A stretch of 64,000 bases of DNA from NCBI GenBank assembly GCA_973895155.1, contig OZ316894.1, positions 8,332,234 through 8,396,233 of the forward strand. Direction: 5' to 3'. The notes under the pieces are model-generated. The model was given only the letters and a program-made list of their open reading frames with translations. It made no database searches and had not been told where the DNA came from. The stretch's first letter is position 1, and the number at the start of each line of letters is the position of its first letter. Both the position numbers and the translations under genes were made by a program. Origin of the DNA: Marsupella aquatica (Eukaryota > Plantae > Marchantiophyta). Below are positions 22,364-35,044 of this stretch, one piece after another.

Positions 22364-25300
22364 ATGGGCTCGAGCGCTGGTTCTGCTGGAACTTTGCTAC
22401 TGCTGCTGCTCATCACTTCTTTTGGTCCGGTTTTAGGTCAAACTCGTGAGTTTCCTCTTCCCGGACCTGAATTTGGATATTCAAGATAACACGTCCTGGG
22501 TGTACCGATAGTTTTTTTATCCTGAACGTTCATAGTTGGTCAATTTGTGTTCGACCACGGTTCCCCTCAACCATTCCTACACTACTTTTGTACTTTGAAA
22601 CATTTCTGTTCGCTACAACGTAAAATCGCTGGGACCATTTTAGTAGCTGTGGATTTTTGTTTCCAGCTAGAATCCCTGTGTACCGGATGTATTTGTGACT
22701 AAACTGTGATATTTGACCTCTAGACATCCGATGAATGTCGTGGCTATGCATTCAATCGTCACGTACTAGGAAAAATGGAAAATTTGAAATAAGCATTTCT
22801 GCATTGATTGATCACTCAGTTAGCTAGGCTCGGAGTCGGAATTGCGTCGATTCTATGTGTAGACTGGACACCTCCTCGACGGTCCTCACATTATATCCGT
22901 TAGTCTTTGCACGCAAGTCATTGATTTCTGGCTATTAGCTGTGATATAAATGGACATGGCCTGAGCATATATTCAAATCATGGATTTAGCTGGGGTTTAG
23001 CCCAAACCGGATTTAGCTAGGGTTTAGCCCAAACCTTTGAGTGCAGTTGTTCATGGATTATATGAGGTTGAGCTCGCAGCGCATCCTAGATCACAGGGAG
23101 CAATATAGACCCTACAGGCTGGATTTGATTAGGCCGGCTAAGTCTGCTGGAACCTGGCCGGGTGCGTGTCTAGTACATTAAGCTGTCAATTTCCGGACAT
23201 TTGGTGGATGATCAGGTAAGATTGATGCACGAAAAAATTTGAATTTGATCGATCATGATGTTTGAATGGCAGTTGTGAATGGATTGAGTATTGATTGCGG
23301 GAGCGTTATGAACTACACCGACTCAAAAATTCAATGGGTCACCGATGCTGGCTACGTCAAGACAGGGAAGATTGGACGAGTCTCGGCCAACCTTTCTGTA
23401 CTCAACCCGAGACAATCACAAACTTTGAGGTACTTCGACGAAGGGCGAGGGAGAGATTGCTACGAGCTGCCTGTGACGCCCCAGTACACATACCTTATTC
23501 GTGCTACTTTTCACTATGGAGACTGGAATAATCCAAAAAATGGCACACACTTCGTTGTCTACCTCAACGGCAATTATTGGGTAGAACTCGGACCGTTCAT
23601 AGAAGGTACAATCTCATGTATATGGCTACTTAAGTCCGGTCGACCAAGCGTTTTCCGTATATGCATACTTTTTATAACAAGCGAGTCAAAAGAAAAATAT
23701 CCTGCGGCCTCTTCAATTCTGCGTAAATTCTGGAAGATTCTGAGACGAAAGTACCAGCTAGCTAGCACAGAGAGTTCCTCGTTAAATTGCAGTTACTTCA
23801 GTTTTCTCAAGAATTTTAATATTTTTTAGTGTCAATGATGCATAGACTTGGAGTACGGCACCGTGACTCCAGCTCCAGTTATTAGTTTAATTTTGCCTCT
23901 ATATATGATCAAATACCTTTAGTGGAGAATTCGATCGATTGATGCACTCTAGCGAATTCGTTATTACGAAGTGGGATGGACGCTTATTTCAATGACGTAC
24001 TTTAAGAGACCGGGAAGGATCGAATCGAATGGGGTTGATTGATGTTGTGCGCTTCAAGCCTGGCGAATCGCTTGAGCGGCAAACCCGATTCCAACACTGA
24101 AAGCCTGTTTAACTTTTGGGTCTATGAGCTTCGTGAGTTCTTCAGCGGCCAGGTCTTTCCTTCTGAAGCAGAAACTAATTTTTCATAATGGAAATCGTCG
24201 ATCATACCAGGTGATCCAGTTTATAACGCGAATTGGGACCAACATTTGTATGAAGTGATGGTGTACATCGAGGGTAACACCCTCGATTTGTGCCTTCTGA
24301 GAGGCACAGGGACCCCATTCATTTCTTCGTTGGAGTTGAGGCAGCAGGCACCTGGAATGTACGCGACAGTGGTGGGGAACCACAAATACATGGTCCTTGT
24401 GGCTAGATTGAATATGGGTGCCGATGCAAGTGGTCCTTCTTACCTCAGGTGCGCTACGTACGTAGTTCTTAAAATTTGTGATCGTTGCAGGGTTGCTGCC
24501 TTTCTCCACGGATTTCTCAACTTGAATGTACTGTGTTTGTTTGGAGACCACAAAATGCGTGATGGAGTAGCTGACCTTACTACAGAGCTTCAATTCAGTA
24601 TCAATTACGCTATGAAACTCACAGATGGACGGGCCGGGGCAAGAAATAAAACAATAACGTGCGCAGCGTCGAGCAGACAATGATCGACGTACTGCCGCTT
24701 GTGTAGCAATGAGCCTTCCAATGGCCACTTTGCTAGAAGCACAATAAGTTACAATAATAAATTGGCCTGACTGACGCACTGAAGTCTCAGGTATCCCGAT
24801 GATCAATATGACCGAATCTGGGTAATCGCCCCTTCAACGGACAATACTACTCACGTCAGAAAAACCAACATTAGTACGGCTTCGACTCTTGAGAGACCGC
24901 CAAAGAAGGTGATGGAGGATGCTTCGATTTACTACCACTCCGATGTTTTCTGGTTCCTTCTCCTCGCAAACGAAACCTCTCCCATTGGTCCCATTGCAGT
25001 CTACAGCTACTTTCAGGAGGTCGATGGAAATGCTTCCGCTTCCAACGTCAGGGGAATGGACTACTACGTCAATGATTACAAAATTGATACTTTCAACTCC
25101 TCAGATCAGGCATACGAGGTCAGAAGTTGCATCTTGGATGTATACGAAAACTTCATCAACATCACTGTGAAGAAAGTTTCATGGTCCAAACTGAACCCCA
25201 TAATAAACGCTTTCGAGATGTACACTGTGTCTAGTTGGGATGGATCATCGACTGCAACCGAAGAAGGTCAGTCTAAATTGTTTTAACCGTTAATCACACG

Positions 25301-28300
25301 TCCTGGATAGAAGCTTAAGTAGTACAAGTTAACTAAAAGATGGGATTCTGATTGCCCGTATGCTCCTCGATCGATTTGTTTCGAACTTAGATGCCATACT
25401 GCAGGGTAACTTTAAAATAAATAAATCAGTACCATCAATATTTCAAGGGTAATTAAGTGCAAATTTCAAGAATTTGTCAAAGTCTTCGGCATTAGATTAT
25501 TCGATATGCGTAATTTGAGCAAATTACGGTAGGGACATAAGGGGATTCGTAGTTTTTAGATGACCTCGAGGGATGTCTTGTAGCTAGACCTAACGCTTCA
25601 TGATTGATGTCCGATTTATATAGCAAATTAAAAGCATCTAGGTGGGGCTGAACTGTACATGCTGATTTGAACGTTTGATACCCTGTGTCTCTGCAGTGAA
25701 GACAATTAGAAATCTTCAGAAGCGCCTCGGCCTGGCGGACTGGACCGGCGATCCATGCGTCCCAATTCCATATGACTGGTTAAATTGTAGTTCGGATCAA
25801 AGTTCGACTGCGGCCATTCAGACGAGTTTGGGGTTGTCCAGTGACAGGACTCTACACGTCACAAACATGTGAGTTTTCTAGGTTTGTTTGTTATTCTCGT
25901 GGATACCTCATTTTACGTCCCTTCAGTTGCAGCAGTTGAGTTGTTGTTCCTAAGCTTCAGAGCTACTTGTCTGCGCTGCTTTTGCATTGACCTTGAAGGT
26001 GGAAACCCCTGTGACTCAATCAGATCCCTTTCAAATAGAGCAACCGTACAGGCGCTCCCTCAAGAAATTGCAAGCCTGCCGAATCTTACCACTATGTAAG
26101 GACTTAATTTTATCTCAGTCTGCACCTTGAATATAATGATGGAGTTCTAGACTTTTAATCGATTCAGATCAATCGGACGAATGTCTCACCGCATTAAGAA
26201 TTGCATCCTACGATTAATTCTTCCTTACTGACAATTTTGGGTCGCCAAAGGTTTCAAATTGTATAGATTTAGAGTACAATGTAGTATATTCCAAACGATC
26301 GAATCCGAATTATATTTTAGTTAATCCCGTGTAAAAATATAGGTCAAGAGGGTTGAAATCGTCTTATCAGTTTAAAGTTATTATTTACATACGAACGACT
26401 TTGTGTTTGACAGGGACTTGAGCAATACTGGCATGGCGAGTATTCCTTTCCGTGGCTTGATTGGGTTGGGAAATCTTTCGCTCTTAAATCTATCCAGTAA
26501 TCATTTCAGTAGCGGCGTTCGGGAGTTCCTGCAAAACGTTACCGTCAAAAGTTTGAAACAACTGTGAGTGAAAACTGATAAACCATCAATTCATACATTT
26601 GTGTCTCCATATTTGTGAACTCGCAAGCAATAATCCAAATAATTGGTCGTAATGAAGCATTCACGGCAATTGGTTGAAAATTCTATGATGAGTCTTATGA
26701 GTTTAGGCCAAAATCTTATGACTCTCTCGTTCAATGATATGATCGATTCTTGCAAAGATCAACTCTCTGGATTAGGGCCGCGTCGATGATTAGCATTAGG
26801 TGGACATGTGAATCCGTATGGATAATTTGAAATTGTTTCAGGTTATTCGTCTACACAGCTTTCTCTGGATCTACACAAGGAAATTCCTCAGCTTACTGCT
26901 CTGTAGCTGCAGACAAAGTAACACTGAAAAGCTGATTAGGCCTGATGATCGAACCGCAATTTAGTATTATATATGACTATGTGTGTACACATGTGACGCA
27001 ATGGCCTGATATGATTAGATTTTGTGAAATCACATTGTAGAGCTCAGTGACATCGAAATTGTGCAGTGGTCGTCGTCATTAAGTCGAGCATTAAGTCTGC
27101 AATTGTATAGCTCCTCTGAGGAGCTCCATGAGATTCTAAGATGCAAATGAGTGCGATGAAATGAACTCCAACACTCGATAGTAAATCCTTTGCTTATATA
27201 TTGGATTATTGCACAAGTTACTCGGGAAGTTACTAGCTTCTACCATACATTAATTGTCAAGTATTGCACCTGATGGTCTCATGCAGACTCGCAGCGAATA
27301 ACTCACTGGAAGGAGAATTTCCACTTGACCAGTTATATTCTGAGTTCCCACATTTGGAAGAAGTGTGAGTACATATATATACTTCAAGCTTGTGATTTGT
27401 GGATTATGTAGGCTGAGTTGAAGACGTAACTGGATACAAGTTTATAACCCGTTGGTGTCTGGTATAGGAACTTCGACGGAAATCCGCGTATCGGAGGAAT
27501 TTTGAACTTGACAATTTGGCACACCGCTTTGGTGCGATCTATGGACCCTGCGAGTAGTAGTGTGAAAGCCGCTGGGACTCCTAGTCCCGCTCCACCGCCT
27601 CCTAGTTTTTCTATCTTTCCACTTGTTTCTTTGAAGAACAACAACATCACTGGCATCACTCCCAGTTTGGACTCTCTTCAGTCAGATATTAATACATATT
27701 TGCGAGATTTTAACACAACGCCTGGCTTCACCAACTTCGGCATCCTGTAAGCTTCTGTTCCATGCATACCTGCACGCATGTAAACGAAGAAGAATTAGAA
27801 CCTACGTACAGGCTGTATAATTATTAAGTTACAATTAACAAACACGTGTGCTGGTTCGTTGAATTGTTGTCTTTTGTTCCATGCATACTTGCACGCAAGT
27901 AAACGAAGAAGAAATTAGAACCTACGTACAGGCTGTATAATTATTAAGGTACAAAGTAACAAGCACGTGTGGTGTGCTGGTTCGTTGTTGTCAAGCATGA
28001 TCGAGATGCCAGCGTGATATTGGTCAGCCATCGTAGGTGCTATGGTCTACGGGCCTGCCCCCCCAATTTAAATCTCCATTCAAATGCTGGATCCTGTCAT
28101 GAGTATTGTCACCTACTCGTTTACGAAGGGCGCATTTAGATTTATGCACCTAGCGCACACATTTATATATTGCATTGGTCGTTGTGAAGGTTAATTCGTA
28201 TGTAATTGCTTCCGAATTATCTCTGGACTAGTCAGCAACTGATCTCATGATCGAACATGGCAGGCTTAGTGGCAACCCTTGGTGCAAGCAGCAGACGTTC

Positions 28301-31300
28301 AGTGCTCAATCTTTGCCTCAACAATATCTCTGCCGTTCCGTCACCAACCAAGTTCTTCCCGGTAACCTTTCCGATTCAACGAGCTTTCTTCCGGCGCTGA
28401 CACGTTTGTGCCAGTGTTTACACCATTTTTGTTTAACGATACCATGATCTAAGCATTTGTTGCCAAGTTATCTCCTCTCATGAACCGTTCATCTGAGTTA
28501 GTGATAGCCAGGTCTGCATGATCGAAAGTACAAATTAAGCACACTTCAAAATTTAGTATCGTTTTGTTACTGAATAGATTGATCGAAGCTTTGCAAGTGC
28601 ACACTGTGAAATTATGAGCAAGGAGCACTCAAAAGTTTTGGATGAAGGGTGATAGGTTGTTGGAGCTAACAGTCATAGATTGTGTACTGTCATACTTTCA
28701 GGCCTAGCGAGCCTTTATGTCACGAAGAAATCAGATCCTTGGCCTATCATTGGTGGTGTCATTGGAGGCTTCGCAGCTCTGGCTTCTTTCGTTTGCTTCG
28801 CAGCCGTATGGAGATTAAGAAAACAAACTTCTTCTCTTAAGGAGATTCAAGAAGGTGAGGGGATCCAACTTTTCATCCCTTTGGCCCCAATGTTATCTTT
28901 AATTGTACTGGTATTCATGTCGGGTCTTGAATTGGCGAGAGATCTCTTCAGACTTGCAATTACTTAGAAATTGAGAACCTCTGCGCACTTGATGGTCTTG
29001 CAAGAAACGTTGAGCAAGAGCGCGCAGATAGTTTTTAAAAACCATTCATCAATTACCGAGCCTGTAACGTGATGATGACGGCTTCGTGATTAGAACTTTT
29101 ACTTACAGACATTACTTTTTTTGTTCGTTGCCTGCACCTTCCAGCTTTGGCGAGACAGAAAGTACAGCCACCGTTCTATTCGTATACTGACCTGCGAGCA
29201 GCTACAAATGATTTCTCCTCCACGAACAAATTGGGACAAGGAACTTTTGGTGCGGTTTACAAGGTATTGGATCTCGGTGCTGTCTGAATGATTGAAACAT
29301 ATTCCTGAACTCTTTTCTGTGCTTATTTGCTGAAGACTCAGAATTGAATTCCAAATCTACGAGTTTCTGTTGCATTGCCGTATTTTTCGGGATGGGCAAC
29401 TTGTTTCCTTAATTGACAGAAGAGATAAAGTGCATCAAGTTAAACAATTAATGACTAAATTGTACCTATATTCTATGAATTCACGAATCTCTTTTAATAG
29501 AACGAATTGTTTTGAGCACCCTATTGCTGGAATTTTGCCGATTACTTACGTCTATTTATTTTATTTGAACATTGATAATGCGACCCCAGAGGTGTATTCT
29601 TCCGTTTCTCTTGAGTAATCTACACTACAACACAGTTCTATTAATTTTCTAGAGCGGTATCCAGCAGAAATATAGACGTCCTAGAAGGATGAGAGTAGAT
29701 GACGCACCGATATATATATATTCAGTTCCGGGAAGTTGATTATATACTCGCCGGGCACTAAGTCAAAGCTTAACTCCTCAAGATTAATCCATTTCTATTC
29801 TGCAGCTGTGCTAATAGGTGGACGTTTGGAGAGTTGCTTTTATTAATTCTCAAACATTAGGTAGAATGGTTCTCTTCTGAATAAGAGCCCACATAAACTG
29901 CCATGCAAGTATTTAATCGATGGATAGGAGAGCTACTACTCTAGTCCACATGCACGACTCTCAGCTCTGATGCATGATTAGAGATATACTAATATGGATA
30001 GATCTGTGAGTATATGATTATGCAACGCAGGGAACATTATTAGATAGTGGAGATGGAAGGCAAGAGCTTGTGGCTGTCAAGTCGCTGTTCCCATCGAAGC
30101 AAGCACTGACAGAATTTCTGAACGAAGCAGTCCTTATCACCGGGATAAAGCACCGAAACCTGGTCCAGCTGAAAGGCTGCTGCATTCACAGAGAGGACCA
30201 ACGAATGCTGGTGTACGAGTACGCTGAGAATGGCAACCTAGCGGAAGCACTATGGGGTACTGGACCTACTCCTCACTCGATCTCCTTCTCATACATTGTG
30301 TCATTGAAGTTTAGAGATTCTGAGGAGCATTTATCGTGAATTTGGTTCACGGATCGTAGAGATATATAATGATCTGCAGGAACACGATCGGGTACATTAA
30401 TTGCTCCGGAAGTATTGCAGACTGTTTGATCAACTGACCAAAGCAACTGACCTGACTATTTCCAATGACTCAAATTAATCGGCTGTCTAGGCTAGAAGTG
30501 CATACATGTGTATTGACATGACTCGCATTTGCTTGTGTCAAGGGCAAACAGATGAACCGAGCTGTAAAAATCATACGGGACCAGTCATCCGGCCCACTCT
30601 AGACTGGCAGCAGCGGTTGAACATTTGTGTGGGAATTGCACGAGGTCTCTCGTATCTCCACGAAGAACTGCAACCTCGGATCATTCACAGAGACATCAAA
30701 CCTCATAACGTTCTAATGGACAAGAATTTCAACCCCAAGATTGCAGATTTCGGATTGGCCCGCTCTATGTTAGAGGGACAAGCTCAAGCCGACTTCACGT
30801 CCGTTGCTGGAACTAAGTATGTGGCTCCCCGTCATTCATAGCAACTTTTATGATCATTACCTTAGACTGCACACCTTACATATACCTGTTTGGACATCAC
30901 GTCAGCCTTTAAACACTGCAGCTCAAGCTTAGATGCAATGTTTCAATGCAGGCGAGCTAGAGTTGTGCAAGTCTATAACACTAACATCTAGAATGTCTTA
31001 CTGACAGGGGTTACTTTTCTCCCGAGTATGCAACTCAAGGCCAGCTCACTGAAAAGGCTGATGTTTTCAGTTTTGGAGTTGTCCTATTGGAAATCGTGAG
31101 TGCTAGAAAATGCATCGACCTTAGCTTACCGAGTGAAAAACAGTTCCTTCAAGCTTGGGTAAGTTCATTTTCTACCTTGAATTGACTCCTGCATCAAGAT
31201 TAATTCTGACTCACCCCGCTCTTGTATGTGGAGTCTGTTTTGGTATTAATAAGTGACATGGTAAACCAGCTCAGTCAGAGAACTTCGGTATGATATCTGG

Positions 31301-32041
31301 GACCAAGGTTACTCACGATATATGCAATCATGTGGAGATTTTCGTGGTTTGGGAGCCGATTTAAGTTCAGAAGGACGCTTGCGGTTTGGGCCTTCTATGG
31401 GATTTTTTCTAGATTCTAAAGTGCCATATAATGTTCTGGCATTTAGAGAGTTCGTTTTAGTGATCGGACATTTAGAGAGTTCCTTTTGATGACTCTTAAG
31501 TGCATCGCTCATTTACACTGGTTGTTATTCACGCAACCCTATGCACGTTTAATCGAGGTCACCATTGAGTTCAAACACAATTTATATGATCCAAATTAGA
31601 AAGACTGATCGACCGGAGGCTCAAGAATTGGAATTTACGTCTGTCATGGCACACGTGCTGCAGGCTAGGTACTTGAGGGGAAACGGGAAACTCATTGATC
31701 TGCTTGATCCTTCCGTGCGAGACAGCGCTAATCATGAAGAAGTCATTCGAGTGATCAATCTGGCGTTTTTGTGTCTCGACTTCTACCCAGAAAAGCGGCC
31801 AACTATGTCTGAGGCAGTGACCATGCTTCAAGGAATAGTGGACGTTCCGCTCTGCAAACCAGAATCTGCAGTGTCTATCGAGGAGGAGGCAACTTTCCGA
31901 CGAGGTAATAAGAGTTACAACTACATGAAATTGCCGCATTTTTCGGATCTAAGTGAAGAGAATGTCTCGGACAGCTTCGTGATGAGTGCTACCTCAAGCA
32001 ACGATAATAATCTAGAGTTGAGCAAGCTCTCTGCCAGATAG
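22364..32041 (+). CDS. Malectin-like domain/LRR receptor-like Ser/Thr kinase, paralog 2 (16 exons)
   Basis: Same exon-intron layout as paralog 1. Exon 1 (22364-22445) encodes [27 protein letters not shown]; malectin-like exons at ~23273-25267, WTGDPC ~25741, TM ~28702-28854, kinase ~29145-32041. No disabling lesions seen in the exons checked. Confidence 0.92.
27756..27987. repeat. ~119-bp tandem duplication in intron 9 of paralog 2 only
   Basis: tgttccatgcatac..gcacgca..aaacgaagaagaattagaacctacgtacagg occurs twice; paralog 1 has a single copy (~12555-12665). Confidence 0.85.
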
Positions 32042-34360
32042 CTACTTCAAGCTATAATTCTACACACACAACCCGGAGTGATGTCTATCTGGTAGTGATT
32101 TGATAGCTTGGCATACATTGTACACACACACAGCTCTAGCAAGAAATCAACTTTTTATGAAGGCTGGTACAATTAAGCTAGCCCGGTTTCCCAATTAATG
32201 GGCACATTATAGCGAGTCCGTCTAAAATGCACGGTATGTCCCTGAGTAACTACTTGGGAACTGAATAGTGATAATAAGTTCAAATCACTATTTTCCCAAG
32301 AACCTGTACAATACTATTAGATGAAAATTTAGGGTCCTCTATTCTCTATAGTAGCATGAGGGCATAGTGATAGATGAGTTAAATCTTGGGCAAGGTAGAG
32401 CTAGCCCAAGATCCAATCACTGGTGCATGAGCTATGCAGAATCCGTGCAATATTAAGTTGGACAATATTCTTATCTAAACAGCGCCTTCTTTGTCACATA
32501 TCGTTGTGCATTGTACATTACTTTTTGAGCGTATTGAACCAATAAAAGGTGGCCAGTGTGGTTTCTGCCTTGTAGGTCAGAGTAATATCAGAGTAACCCA
32601 AAATAACCATTAATTTGGTGAGCTTCAACTTTAGGATAGCCGAAAATGTGGTCTTAAATGAGTAATGTTTACTAATCCTTTTTAAAGATTTAGTAACTTT
32701 AGAGATCAGTAAAAATTAGTCTCGAGTACAAAAATCACATTGGTCACATCTTGATCTTTGACCAAGGAACCGTACTGGCTCAAAATAATGCTTTGGTGCT
32801 GTATAAAGGTACAAGGACATCAAAATCAAAAGATAGGTTTCCAAACGGGTGTATAATGGGTAGAGAATTGTTATCTCCCCATGAAAATAGAGACTGGGTT
32901 CCTTTGTCTAATGACTTGCTTGAATGCTCAGTCTTTGAGTGTTTCTTTCAATCCACATAAATTTTGGTGGGGTCCTAGTTATGGTATAGAGGCTTAGGTG
33001 AAGAAACCTAGACCCCAACCCTAGCTTCTCATTGCAATCAATTATACAGATTATAATGACACTTTACTTGGATGGCACCATATACAGATTGTTCATAATG
33101 AAGCTCTTATATATGGTGAATCCACCTTTTAGATTTTGTTTTATTCAGATTTTGTGTTGAGTATTTTTATTTTAATGTGCCTTGACTAGGTGAATCATTT
33201 GTATTAATTTGATTTTGAATTAACTTTTGGACCCCTTTTAATTTTAGTGAACTTAGAGTATTTTGAGTGTATTTAGCTTCTCTTCTAAATGTTTAATCTT
33301 TCCTTTTCAATCACTCCTTAGTGAATTGTCTTTTTTCTCATGAGAGTACTAATGAGTTTGAACACTGTGCACATTTGTGTACTAAGTTCCGTTCCTGGTT
33401 TTCTTTTCAAACTTTATGGTTTTAATTGAGTTTATTATCATTACTTACAAGCAAGTGAAAAATCTGTACTATATGTGCACAACTCTTTAGTAACTTTGTA
33501 CTTTCTTGGTCATAATGTGCTTGTGTACTATGTGGCTCACTCTTAATTAACAAATATTCATGTTTTGACATGTATTGTACATGTATCTACTTCTTTTATC
33601 ATAAAATAAATCAAATGAATTACATATCATTACAAGACAAAGCATGTTCCAGGATGAACATGCTATATATGGCACTTTACTTGGATGGTGAGCCTTGGGT
33701 GCACACTTTGAGGCTTGGTTCATGTTTGTAGGCTTAAGGTTGCCGCCTTTCAAAACCAAATTGCTCTGGGTTAAGCTTCCCTAAATCCCATAACGTGCCA
33801 CCTATCTTTGTCCAAAGTTCAATAATGGGTAGTCAGTATGGTTAAAAGGCCCTCCCTACTAAAAGCCAGCACTTTTCATTCATAAAACAAATTACATCTT
33901 TTGGGGTAAAATTGACCTAGTCCATCCAGGTCCCAACAATCATGGGAGTGGTACACATGAGCATTGTTTTTTAGTTATGATCACAATTATTCAAAGCATC
34001 CGACTGATAGAGAAATCAGGGCCTTGATTGCAAAGTACTAGGAGGATTTCAGAAATTAGGGCCCTTCATTACAAAGTACTACTAGGATGGGCAGAAGTAT
34101 GCCCATCACAAAGGACCATGTAAGGAGAGCACTCAAGGAGGTTGGATCATATACATTGAGACCTGGGTAAGTGCAAGGGTTTGCAGCCATCTTCTTGCAC
34201 TTATCAAACACTACAATTTATCAATATTATAATTAACCAAATTGCAGGTACTGGGAAGTGCAACCTAATCAATATTTTGTACTTAATATTAGAATCTAGA
34301 TTAGTGTGATTCTGCCAGACATGTGCCCTTATCAGTACATGCAACTTGAATCAGTGCAAC

Positions 34361-35044
34361 CATGGAACCCAACCCATTGAGAGTCCCTTTTGTCTGCACC
34401 CTCGTCCCACTCATGGAAATATCACCAGTGCTGCAAAAGTCCTCCCGGCCTGTTTAATGTGTCATCATCTACAACTATAATAAGGGATCCCACCTTTTTT
34501 TGTCCTTTGTCCCAATACAAAAAAGCTCATGGGTGGGAAAGATCCATAGTCGTTGGATTGATTTGGCTGTTATTGGATATGGGCACCCCTAGCGCATATG
34601 TGCTTCCCCATGCTGCCCCATAAATGCCCCGGCCCGACTTCCTATGGGCAGGCCCTCCTTGTGCCGTGCAACGCACGGGGATAGGGCTTGTTCTATCATG
34701 AAACCCAACCCATTGAGAGTCACTTTTGTCTGTGCCCTCTCTTCCTACTCAAGAAATCTTGGCAATGCTGCAAAAATCTACCTGGTTGAGTGAGTCAACC
34801 TGCTCTCCTGGAACTCGACCCTTTGAGAGTCCCTTTTGCATGTGCCCTCTCTTCCCACTCACAAAATCTCAGCAGACCTTTAGGAGTCCTCCCTCATGGA
34901 ACTGCCCCCTTTGACAGTTCCTTTTGCTGCACCCTCTCTTACCACTCATGAAAATCTTGGCAGTGTTGCGAATGTAATAGCTCTCGGATGCAGCATCATT
35001 CACTCATGAAAGCCAACCCTTTGAGACTCCCTTTTCCTAGTGCC
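34361..35044. repeat. Degenerate array of a CATGGAACCC...GAGAGTCCCTTTT repeat (left part)
   Basis: Motif catg(g/a)aaccc(a)accc(a)ttgagagtcccttttg at ~34361, 34697, 34809, 34894 and 35005. Confidence 0.8.

Larger units (their letters stand above)
19880..32680 (+). repeat. Segmental tandem duplication, unit 2
   Basis: Colinear with 4110-17380. It lacks the 4410-4845 minisatellite block and has an extra AT-rich repeat block at ~20590-20930. Confidence 0.9.

Noticed and set aside
22982-23035. tagggtttag telomere-like motifs in RLK intron 1
   Set aside because: Only 1-2 imperfect units within a small local duplication; not an interstitial telomere array.
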